From Lysobacterales bacterium (lineage in GTDB: Bacteria; Pseudomonadota; Gammaproteobacteria; Xanthomonadales; Rhodanobacteraceae): 64,000 nucleotides of DNA. A program made the translations under genes and the position numbers. Shown one piece after another: positions 30,004 through 38,514 of the stretch. The notes under the pieces were generated by a model. That model was not told where the DNA came from and did not search any database. It worked only from the letters and a program-made list of their open reading frames with translations. Position 1 is the first letter of the stretch, and every line of letters starts with the position of its first letter. The stretch is from NCBI GenBank assembly GCA_038236135.1, contig JBBSTF010000005.1, positions 19,227 to 83,226 of the forward strand, written 5' to 3'.

Positions 30004-32154
30004 GTGGTCGAGGAAGTCAAGCCAGTTCGTTCCGAGGAGCAGGTGTTCCAAGCGATCCGCTTGCTCTGCGCAAGGCCAGGGTTCGTGCACGCCTTGGCAT
30101 ACATTTCTTGGACGGACAACACACTAGTGTTGGCCGACTCGGTCGACGCTAATGCGCTGGAGCTCACGTACTCGCGCGAGCGGTTGTTGAGGACTGAAGC
30201 CGCAGTCCTTCTCGGGCTGCTTGTCCAGCAACCTATTGACCTCGAACCCATCGACATCCCGACGCTGGAGTCGTACGTAGCCGAGGCCTACGGACTGATG
30301 GAGGAAGCCCACAGCACGATCAGCGCGCAGATGACCTTGGCAATGCAAGCCATGATGAGTGGGAAGAAGGCCACACATCCGTCGCAAGGCGACATGCTGC
30401 GCGAGGCTATTTTCTACGGGCCGCCCTCTGCTTACCACTTCCAATTCCTCGACTTCGCCCCTCGTCGTTACGCGAAGGATCGCGACTGGCTTGCAGCGAA
30501 CAGAGGCGTAACCATCGACCAAGGCGCAATAGTCGTTGGCGCGATTCACACTGCGCTAAACGCCCAGGTGACGGAGGCGACGAGGCTTCTCGCTGAATCG
30601 CGCGATCCCACAAGCCTGCTGCAAGCATTCATTGTGCGGCCGGCACAAATAGCCGAACGAGCGGGGTTGCATCTAGCGGAAGTCTCTGCGGTCTTCGATG
30701 CGTTCGCGCTTAAGACACGCAATGACGACTTCCAAGCCATCGACGACTACAACGACGTGTCGGTGTTCCCGCTCATACCGTTGGGCGAGGACCGATTCCT
30801 CATTTTCGATCCGATTGCGCTCAGCCAATCGCTGTATGAGTCTCCGATATTCTGGATGCGCCACACGGAATACGAAGTCGCCGCCCGCGAGCACCGAGGA
30901 GCGTTCACCGAAGAGCTGTCCTTCGATTTGCTGCGTCGCGTGTTCGGCGCCGAGCACGTGTACGCCAACGTCAAGCTAAAGCAAGGCAATACCGACGTCG
31001 ACGAGATTGATGTTCTCGTCCTTTACGGGGATCGCGCCATCGTCCTCCAAGCCAAGTCCAAAAGCCTGACCATTGCTGCACGTAAGGGCGACAGCCAGCG
31101 ACTGCAGATGGATTTTCAGGGAGCGGTGGAAGACGCGTACTCGCAAGCGTTGAGTTGCGCGGAGCATCTCGTGGCGCGCGACTGCGCTTTCGTGCTCAGC
31201 AACGGAAGCACGTTGGAGCTGTCGACGCCGATCACAGAGATCTTTCCCTTCTGCGTCATCGCTGACCACTACCCCTCGCTGAGCTTCCAAACGCGATCGA
31301 TCCTTCAGCCGAAGACGACTGACGTAATCCGCGAGCCGTTTGTCATGGATGTCTTCCTACTTGACGCTATGACCGAGATGCTGCCCACCGCGCTGCGCCT
31401 GCTCGCGTACGTCAAGCAGCGCGCAGCTTTGTTCGACCGCATTTCATCTGGGCACGAGCTGACTGTTTTGTCCTACCACCTGACCCAGAACTTAGTCTTG
31501 CCGTTAGGCGTTGATTTCATCCAACTGGCTGACGACATCGGGGTCGATCTCGATGCGGCCATGATGGTTCGCCGGATGGGCGTACATGGCCCGAATACAC
31601 CGCCGGGCATTCTTACCCGGTTCCAGGGCATGCCATTCGAGCAATTGGTTAAAACACTTGAGTACTCGGACAACGCCCCGGCGCTCGAGATTGGGTTTGT
31701 GCTGCTTTCGATGGGATCACGCACCGCCGAAACCATCGACCATTTTCTCGCGAAGTCGACCAAAGGCGCTCGTGAACAGGGCAACCTATATAACTTTAGC
31801 GTAGGCCACGAGCACTTGGGTTTGACGATACAAGTCGGTGACGCAGACGACGACGTCGGGATAGGGCAGATGAAAAGTCACTGCGTTCTCAACAAGTACG
31901 AGCGCCGGGCCGCGCAGTGGCTAGGGGCTTGGCTCGACCACTCCGGCGCACTTCGCGCCACCATCGTGCTGGACGAGCCTTGGATGAGCTCAGCGCAGTT
32001 GGAAGATGCTGTCCGTTGGCGGCAGGCCGCGCGTGCTCGGGACCGGCCTGCGAAACCTTCCGACGTTTTCGGTTCGCGCAAGCAAAGCGTCAACGAGATA
32101 TGCGCATGCGGCAGCGGAAATAAGTACAAGAAGTGCTGCATGTGGAAACGATGA
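30004..32154 (+). CDS. SEC-C motif protein with NERD/PD-(D/E)xK-like nuclease region
   Basis: C-terminal NEICACGSGNKYKKCC; central DEIDVLVLY..IVLQAKSK. Start moved to GTG 30004 because the first ~115 codons of the tracked ORF overlap the antisense SRAP remnant. Confidence 0.75.
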   Translation: MVEEVKPVRSEEQVFQAIRLLCARPGFVHALAYISWTDNTLVLADSVDANALELTYSRERLLRTEAAVLLGLLVQQPIDLEPIDIPTLESYVAEAYGLMEEAHSTISAQMTLAMQAMMSGKKATHPSQGDMLREAIFYGPPSAYHFQFLDFAPRRYAKDRDWLAANRGVTIDQGAIVVGAIHTALNAQVTEATRLLAESRDPTSLLQAFIVRPAQIAERAGLHLAEVSAVFDAFALKTRNDDFQAIDDYNDVSVFPLIPLGEDRFLIFDPIALSQSLYESPIFWMRHTEYEVAAREHRGAFTEELSFDLLRRVFGAEHVYANVKLKQGNTDVDEIDVLVLYGDRAIVLQAKSKSLTIAARKGDSQRLQMDFQGAVEDAYSQALSCAEHLVARDCAFVLSNGSTLELSTPITEIFPFCVIADHYPSLSFQTRSILQPKTTDVIREPFVMDVFLLDAMTEMLPTALRLLAYVKQRAALFDRISSGHELTVLSYHLTQNLVLPLGVDFIQLADDIGVDLDAAMMVRRMGVHGPNTPPGILTRFQGMPFEQLVKTLEYSDNAPALEIGFVLLSMGSRTAETIDHFLAKSTKGAREQGNLYNFSVGHEHLGLTIQVGDADDDVGIGQMKSHCVLNKYERRAAQWLGAWLDHSGALRATIVLDEPWMSSAQLEDAVRWRQAARARDRPAKPSDVFGSRKQSVNEICACGSGNKYKKCCMWKR

Positions 32155-32219
32155 AGCGGTGGCAGCGTACGCAGAACAACACATCAGCGCCGGGTCGAAC
32201 TCGGTTGCTCTCAATGCTG

Positions 32220-32403
32220 GGTGAAGCCGCATAAGCGGCGGCCTTGCCTCGCCGTCACTATCGGAAGCGATGACCCTGCCGGATTGAGTCGGAGCAACGT
32301 TGAACGCGGGGTCGGGATTCTCGATTGGCGTCTGATTGGCGATGTCGCGCGAGAACGCATGAACCTCGCGCCAGGTATAGGATCGGGAGTAGCGGCCACA
32401 CAT
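32220..32403 (-). pseudogene. SRAP N-terminal remnant
   Basis: MCGRY (catalytic Cys2)...PAFNVAPTQ; similarity is lost near the 3' end of the SEC-C gene. Confidence 0.85.
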
Positions 32404-32548
32404 GGCCCGATGCTAACGCGAGAACGCGATGACCGACCACGATCCCAAACTTGTTGCCGCACTGACGTTCTCGAATCGCGACTGCACAATGCTGGACGGC
32501 GAAGTGGTTGAGGCCGATTTCTGGCCAGCGTTGTCGTGTCGTGCGCGG

Positions 32549-32944
32549 CTAGTTGTCGTAGATGATGACGACCCCGAACTCCTCATATGATGAGGCGCGC
32601 GCTAATGTCTGGCCTTGGAACAAGAACTCGAACTCCTTATTACCGACATAGCCGCCAAAGCTGTTTTTCGCGTTGATTGTGCACATCACGCCAAACCCAT
32701 ACTTCACGGGGACGCGCGCGCCAATCTGGCTCAACCATGACTTTTTCGGAAGGCCGCATTCGTAAACCGCGGACATGGGGTCTTTCAGGTAGCTCTGCAA
32801 GTACCGCTCGATCTTCGGCATCGCGTCTGCATACAGAATCGGTTCGCCGTAGTTGGCGTTGAAGTTGACTTGCGGCCGCTGGATTGTCACGCAGCCGGAA
32901 ACAACCAAAGTAGCGACGAGTGCTGCAAGACTGATCGATCTCAT
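32549..32944 (-). CDS. Small lipoprotein (LKDP.SA / NAKNSFGGYVG type)
   Basis: Lipobox VSGC; YLKDPMSA and INAKNSFGGYVG motifs. Confidence 0.75.
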   Translation of the reverse strand: MRSISLAALVATLVVSGCVTIQRPQVNFNANYGEPILYADAMPKIERYLQSYLKDPMSAVYECGLPKKSWLSQIGARVPVKYGFGVMCTINAKNSFGGYVGNKEFEFLFQGQTLARASSYEEFGVVIIYDN

Positions 32945-33253
32945 GTTATGGCCCCCGTCCCAGTGTTGCACAAATCACTGCCGACCATGCCCAAGAATTG
33001 CTTGCTCGGTAAGCACCATCATTCTCCATCGGGTCCGATAGAAATACACCGTTCGTAGCGTCTGCGGATGCTGTGGGTTCGGCGGCGTGAGCTGCCAGCG
33101 GGCATCGATGACCCTAGCGAGGGAAGTGCGCCCGACCAGCTGACCGCCAAAATCTGTGGGGCGGCACCGCTCGGCTTGTCGGGCTGAATCAGCGTGATCT
33201 AAATTGAGTGCTTCGCCTACGGGCAAAGGGCGGGGAAGCGCGTAGGAAATTTC

Positions 33254-33529
33254 TTACTTGTCGACGCACCGAAACTTGATCTCGGCACCTTGCGGCGTCC
33301 AACCGCGTGCGCCGCTGGTCTTCGTGTCATCTAGCTCCATCGCCTTGCCCTTCTCCGCGCAAAACGCGTTCGCTCTCGTGATGACGTGGCCTTTCACCTT
33401 GGTCCAGTTCTCGCCGCCTCTGACTTGGACGCCAAGCATGTAGGTGTCTTTCCCGACGGGCATCACTTCGCCAACTGAAGCGCATCCCGTCATGCTCAGC
33501 AGTGCCGCGAACGTCAATTTGTAGCGCAT
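33254..33529 (-). CDS. Small lipoprotein
   Basis: Lipobox MTGC, CASVGEVMPVGKDTY, two further Cys (FC..FRC), GGGAA RBS. Confidence 0.75.
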   Translation of the reverse strand: MRYKLTFAALLSMTGCASVGEVMPVGKDTYMLGVQVRGGENWTKVKGHVITRANAFCAEKGKAMELDDTKTSGARGWTPQGAEIKFRCVDK

Positions 33530-34162
33530 CTTGTTCCCCTGCCGGTTTCTAGGAAGGGAAGTCTACCGGTCACCTGAAGCCCGCGCGAACTGACTCCGCT
33601 GGAGGCGACAAGCTGCAGAACGCAGCGCGATCCTTTCGGGTATGGAAAGGCCGGAGGTAGCCGACCGCTTGCTCGCCCGCTTCACGGGGAAGCGCAGTTC
33701 GCCGCGCCACTACCATTCGCTGGTGAAAAGTTTCAGTGACGAATAGTCCGCGCGGCCAGCGAAATCGAACGAACTGTGGTGCGCATCTACCAACTTGGGC
33801 GGTGCGACTGATCCCGTCGGGCAGACCCTCCTCGCGATCGGGCACCGAAACGCCGGATCGCAACCCATGGGGAAGTGGTTCTAGTGGGCGAGGATTTCTA
33901 GCTCCGCTCGAACACGCATGAAGTGCAAAGGGCCACCGCATTGCTACGAACGATGCTTAACGCAATTCGCGACGTTCGCCTCGCCCAAACCATCCACGCG
34001 TGCCCGTGGCGATTTCACTGTAAGGAATCGCCGCCGACCGCTACAGTAGGGACGGTTGGCAGTCGGGGCCGAAACGGGGATGGGCGATAGCAGTCGGGCT
34101 TCGCGTCTTCATTCGTGCTGCGTCACCAATGACGCAATAGGCCTGATCGGAGACCACAGCCC

Positions 34163-37100
34163 ATGACGGACCAGTTCTTTGAACGGCCCATCCTCAATTC
34201 TCCTTATGCGATCCCGTCGCAGCACTGGGAGCTGGACGGTGACGGTCAGCCGACCCAGGAGATTCTCCAGTCTCGGCGCAAAGCCGACTTCATCACTCCG
34301 ATACCCAAGCCGCGTAGGCGTACTGCCGGTCAGGCATCGCTGGTCTTCGACGAAGGCATAGGGCTTTCAACGAAGGAACAAGCCTACGCCCACACCGCCG
34401 TCATCAATGCGGTTCGTCAGGAAGTGGATGCTTGGCGTCGCCTCCCGGCAGGCCAGTGGCGGGTAACGCCGGAAACCGCTCGCCTGCTCGATCATTGGCG
34501 CAACTATCCGTTCACCGGCATCCGCCCCTTCTTCTGCCAGGTCGAAGCCGTCGAGACCGCGATCTGGCTGATTGAAGTTGCACCGCAACTGGGCAAGTCC
34601 GGTGAGCGCTTCCTTGAACATTTGGCCAAGTCGAACAACGACGCCAACCCGGAGCTGATGCGTCTGGCTCTCAAGCTGGCGACGGGCGCGGGCAAGACCA
34701 CCGTCATGGCCATGCTGATCGCTTGGCAAACCGTCAACGCCGTGCGGCATCCTAATAGCCGAAAATTCACCCGCGGCTTCCTCATCGTCGCTCCGGGTCT
34801 GACCATCAAGGATCGCCTGCGCGTCCTTCAGCCCAACGATCCCGACAGCTACTACGCCAGTCGCGACATCGTCCCGCGCGACATGCTCGCGGATATTGCG
34901 CGCGCCAAGATCGTCATCACCAACTATCACGCCTTCAAGCTGCGCGAATGCCTTGAGCTTTCCAAGGGCGGGCGCCGACTCCTTCAGGGTCGCGAAGGCG
35001 AAGAGCTGCAGACCCTGGAAACCGAAGGGCAGATGCTGCAACGGGTCATGCCCGAGTTGATGGGCATGAAGCACATCCTTGCCATCAACGATGAAGCCCA
35101 CCATTGCTATCGCGAGAAGCCGCTCGACGCCGACGATGAGCAAGACCTCAAGGGTGACGACAAGAAGGAAGCCGAAGAAAACAACGAAGCCGCGCGGCTT
35201 TGGATTTCTGGCCTTGAAGCGGTAAACCGCAAGCTCGGCATCTCCCGTGTCATGGACCTGTCGGCCACGCCGTTCTTCTTGAGCGGTTCCGGCTATGCCG
35301 AAGGCACCTTGTTCCCATGGACGATGAGCGATTTCTCGCTGATGGACGCCATAGAGTGCGGCATCGTCAAGCTGCCTCGCGTTCCGATCGCCGACAACGA
35401 TCCCAGTCGCGCCGACGAAATGCCAAAGTACCGCGAGCTTTGGAAACACATCGGCAAGAAGATGCCGAAGAAGGGGCGTGGGAAGGCCAGCCAACTCGAT
35501 CCACTCAGTATCCCCGGTTTGCTGCAGACCGCGCTCGACGCTCTGTACGGCCATTACGCGAAAACGTTCGAGCTATGGGAGAAGGCCGGCATCAAGGTGC
35601 CGCCGTGCTTCATCGTGGTGTGCAACAACACATCCACGTCCAAGCTGGTTTACGACTTCATCTCCGGCTTTCATCGCCAGAACGAGGACGGCAGCAGCCA
35701 GTTGGAAAACGGCCGCCTCGAACTGTTCCGCAACTTTGACGAACACGGCAATCCGCTGGCGCGTCCCAACACTCTGCTCATCGACAGCGAGCAATTGGAA
35801 TCCGGCGATGCGCTGGACAGTAATTTCCGCGCCATGGCCGACGACGAGATTGAGCGATTTCGCCGCGAGATCATCAAACGCACCAACGACCCCCAGCAGG
35901 CCGAGAACATTTCCGATCAGGAGCTGCTGCGCGAGGTGATGAACACGGTCGGCAAGCATGGCCGGCTCGGTGAATCGATTCGCTGCGTCGTTTCCGTATC
36001 AATGCTGACCGAAGGCTGGGACGCGAACACCGTCACCCATGTACTGGGTGTCCGCGCGTTTGGCACGCAGTTGCTGTGCGAGCAGGTTATCGGCCGCGCA
36101 TTGCGCCGGCAGTCCTACGAACTCAACGAAGAAGGCCTGTTCGACGTCGAGTACGCCGACGTGCTGGGCATTCCGTTCGACTTCACTGCCAAGCCGGTCG
36201 TGGCCGCGCCGCAAAAGCCGCGCGAGACTGTACAAGTGAAAGCCGTTCGTCCTGTGCGCGACGCGCTGGAAATCACCTTCCCGCGTGTGCAGGGCTATCG
36301 CGTCGAACTCCCGGAGGAACGGCTCACAGCGGAATTCAACGACGATTCCATCCTGGTGCTGACGCCTGATCTCGTCGGCCCGTCCGAAACCCGCAATGCC
36401 GGCATCATTGGTGAGAGCGCCGAGCTCACGTTGCAGCACCTAGGCGACATGCGCCCGTCATCAGTCGTTTTCCACCTAACCAAGCGGCTGATCGAAACCA
36501 AGTGGCGCGATCCGGGTGAACAACCCAAGCTGCACCTGTTCGGCCAGCTCAAGCGCATCGCCAAGGAATGGCTGGATACCTGCCTGCAATGCAAGGGCGG
36601 CACCTATCCGGCGCAATTGCTGTATCAGGAGCTGACCGACATCGCCTGCGAGCGCATCACCGCTGGCATCACCCGATCGCTGCTAGGCAAGCGCCCGGTG
36701 AAGGCCGTTCTTGATCCGTACAATCCGACCGGTTCTACCACAAACGTCAATTTCAACACTTCGCGCGAAGACCGCTGGGAAACGCTGGGACCGCCACCAA
36801 AATGCCACGTCAATTGGATCATCCTCGATAGCGGCTGGGAAGGTGAATTCTGCCGCGTCGCAGAAGCGCATCCCAAAGTGCTCGCGTACGTGAAGAACCA
36901 CAGTCTTGGGCTGGAAGTGCCGTATCGCTTCGGGTCCGTCGCGCGCCGCTACTTTCCCGACTTCATCGTTCGCATCGACGACGGCTACGGCCCCGATGAT
37001 CCGCTCAACCTGATCGTCGAGATCAAGGGCTATCGCCGCGAAGACGCCAAGGAAAAGAAGTCGACGATGGATACCTACTGGATACCCGGCGTCAACCATC

Positions 37101-37240
37101 TCGGCAGCCACGGTCGCTGGGCGTTCGTCGAGTTCGGCGACCTTTACGAAATGCAGGACGACTTCGCCAAAAAGGTCCAGGCCGAGTTCGACAAGATGGT
37201 TTGCGAAGCATCCACCGCCGAAAAGGAAGTTACCGCATGA
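34163..37240 (+). CDS. Type III restriction endonuclease Res subunit
   Basis: PFFCQVEA, KLATGAGKT, INDEAHHCY, DLSATPF, SMLTEGWDA, EQVIGRALRR, C-terminal PDFIV..VEIKG nuclease. Confidence 0.93.
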   Translation: MTDQFFERPILNSPYAIPSQHWELDGDGQPTQEILQSRRKADFITPIPKPRRRTAGQASLVFDEGIGLSTKEQAYAHTAVINAVRQEVDAWRRLPAGQWRVTPETARLLDHWRNYPFTGIRPFFCQVEAVETAIWLIEVAPQLGKSGERFLEHLAKSNNDANPELMRLALKLATGAGKTTVMAMLIAWQTVNAVRHPNSRKFTRGFLIVAPGLTIKDRLRVLQPNDPDSYYASRDIVPRDMLADIARAKIVITNYHAFKLRECLELSKGGRRLLQGREGEELQTLETEGQMLQRVMPELMGMKHILAINDEAHHCYREKPLDADDEQDLKGDDKKEAEENNEAARLWISGLEAVNRKLGISRVMDLSATPFFLSGSGYAEGTLFPWTMSDFSLMDAIECGIVKLPRVPIADNDPSRADEMPKYRELWKHIGKKMPKKGRGKASQLDPLSIPGLLQTALDALYGHYAKTFELWEKAGIKVPPCFIVVCNNTSTSKLVYDFISGFHRQNEDGSSQLENGRLELFRNFDEHGNPLARPNTLLIDSEQLESGDALDSNFRAMADDEIERFRREIIKRTNDPQQAENISDQELLREVMNTVGKHGRLGESIRCVVSVSMLTEGWDANTVTHVLGVRAFGTQLLCEQVIGRALRRQSYELNEEGLFDVEYADVLGIPFDFTAKPVVAAPQKPRETVQVKAVRPVRDALEITFPRVQGYRVELPEERLTAEFNDDSILVLTPDLVGPSETRNAGIIGESAELTLQHLGDMRPSSVVFHLTKRLIETKWRDPGEQPKLHLFGQLKRIAKEWLDTCLQCKGGTYPAQLLYQELTDIACERITAGITRSLLGKRPVKAVLDPYNPTGSTTNVNFNTSREDRWETLGPPPKCHVNWIILDSGWEGEFCRVAEAHPKVLAYVKNHSLGLEVPYRFGSVARRYFPDFIVRIDDGYGPDDPLNLIVEIKGYRREDAKEKKSTMDTYWIPGVNHLGSHGRWAFVEFGDLYEMQDDFAKKVQAEFDKMVCEASTAEKEVTA

Positions 37241-37390
37241 AAACGGAACGGATCCAGTCCTTCACTAGCACCTTTGCAGCCCACGCCGTTTTCGATCCTT
37301 TTGTTGACGTTAACAAAACCATCGGGATGCCTAAGGGCGTTCGTGGCTTTACGGACCATTTTCCCGGCGTCAGGAAAATGGTCGCTAAGA
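37237..37390 (+). pseudogene. Internally deleted dinD-like remnant
   Basis: MKTERIQSFTSTFAAHA joined directly to DPFVDVNKTIGMPKG and DHFPGVRKMV, which resemble separated DinD segments. ATGA overlap with res. Confidence 0.6.
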
Positions 37391-37480
37391 TCCGAAAAAC
37401 CGTTGATGAATCATGCGTTTGCAACGCAATTGCGTTGAAACTAGAAGCCACGGCGTCGAGCACCAACATTAGCGACACTA

Positions 37481-37509
37481 TTGAAACGGCACTCAACCCG
37501 CGCTACTGT
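37481..37509 (+). promoter_or_regulatory. Sigma70 promoter upstream of the structured RNA and NYN gene
   Basis: TTGAAA (37481-37486), 17-nt spacer, TACTGT (37504-37509). The -10 lies in the palindrome TACTG-TTTG-CAGTA (37504-37517). Confidence 0.7.
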
Positions 37510-37511
37510 TT

Positions 37512-37590
37512 GCAGTACATCCGCCCCTTGGCAGTACGCCCGCTCGATCATCCTGAGCGCTGGCCGACCCCTCGGGGCTTTCTTTTTTCT
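37512..37590 (+). ncRNA. Candidate structured RNA/leader ending in a terminator-like U tract
   Basis: CCCC(37524-27)/GGGG(37574-77), TTGGC(37528-32)/GCCGA(37563-67), CGCTC(37541-45)/GAGCG(37555-59), then CTTTCTTTTTT. GCAGTAC is repeated at 37512 and 37531. Confidence 0.55.
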
Positions 37591-37634
37591 GGCACCACAG
37601 ATTCTTTTGCGAAGCGCTCCGCTCGGAGACTCGC

Positions 37635-38510
37635 ATGAGCCATCGCCGCATCGCCATCCTCATCGACGGCGGGTTTTTCCTGAAGCGGCTGCCTCGATTG
37701 GTCAACCCGGAGCTATGCGAAACGCCCGAAGGCATTGCAGCCTACGTTCGACATCTGTGCCGCAACCACGTCAAGCATCTCACCGGATGCAGCAACACCG
37801 ACTGGGCGCAGTACGTCTACCGCATCTTCTACTACGACGCGGTTCCCTATGACGGCAAGGCACATAACCCGATCGACAATCGCTCGATCGACTTTGGAAA
37901 ATCCGATGTCGCCGTCCAACGACTCGCATTGTTCGACTGTCTCCGCCGCCAGCGCAAAGTCGCCTTGCGTCTCGGCAAGGTAAACCGGGACCACGACTGG
38001 GCGATCAAGCCGGAACTGACGAAGCTGCTCCTGCGTAGTCGCTCGGCACTCGATGTGCTCGACCGATTGACGCCCGGCGGCGGAGAAGAAACCAAGGGCG
38101 CAAGCCAGGATGCCATGTCAATGCAACTTTCGGCGGACGAGCTGCGCAGCCTTCGGGAGTTTCGCGCCATTTGGCAGCAGCTGGACCGTTCCTCCGTACA
38201 GCTGGGCCTTCGTCAAAAAGGCGTCGACATGCGAATTGGTGTCGACATCGCGTCACTCGCACTCAAGAAACAGGCCGACACGCTGATCTTGGTAGCGGGT
38301 GACAGCGATTTCGTACCGGCGGCCAAGCTGGCGCGCCGGGAAGGCATCGATTTCATCCTCGATCCACTATGGCAACACATCAACGCCGACCTGTTCGAGC
38401 ACATCGATGGCCTGCATTCGGGTATCCCCAAGCGTGCCGAACAACGTGCCGAACAACGTGCCGCCACCGCAGGCAATGGCCACCTCGCCGCCCAGATAAA
38501 GACGGAATAA
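37635..38510 (+). CDS. NYN (LabA/DUF88, PIN-fold) ribonuclease
   Basis: AILIDGGFF, YRIFYYDA, QKGVDMRIGVDI, LVAGDSDFVPAAKLARREG; acidic catalytic residues intact; GGAGA RBS. Confidence 0.92.
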   Translation: MSHRRIAILIDGGFFLKRLPRLVNPELCETPEGIAAYVRHLCRNHVKHLTGCSNTDWAQYVYRIFYYDAVPYDGKAHNPIDNRSIDFGKSDVAVQRLALFDCLRRQRKVALRLGKVNRDHDWAIKPELTKLLLRSRSALDVLDRLTPGGGEETKGASQDAMSMQLSADELRSLREFRAIWQQLDRSSVQLGLRQKGVDMRIGVDIASLALKKQADTLILVAGDSDFVPAAKLARREGIDFILDPLWQHINADLFEHIDGLHSGIPKRAEQRAEQRAATAGNGHLAAQIKTE

Positions 38511-38514
38511 TTCA

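Noticed and set aside
33530-34160. 630-bp gap before res as a possible ncRNA or gene
   Set aside because: No convincing ORF, repeat or recognisable fold; any remnant could not be assigned.
37504-37517. LexA (SOS) box at the NYN promoter
   Set aside because: The spacing is TACTG-N4-CAGTA, not CTGT-N8-ACAG. Kept only as an unassigned palindrome.
38433-38463. 12-bp tandem repeat (RAEQRAEQRA) at the NYN C-terminus
   Set aside because: About 2.5 copies in a probably disordered tail; most likely slippage with no evident function.
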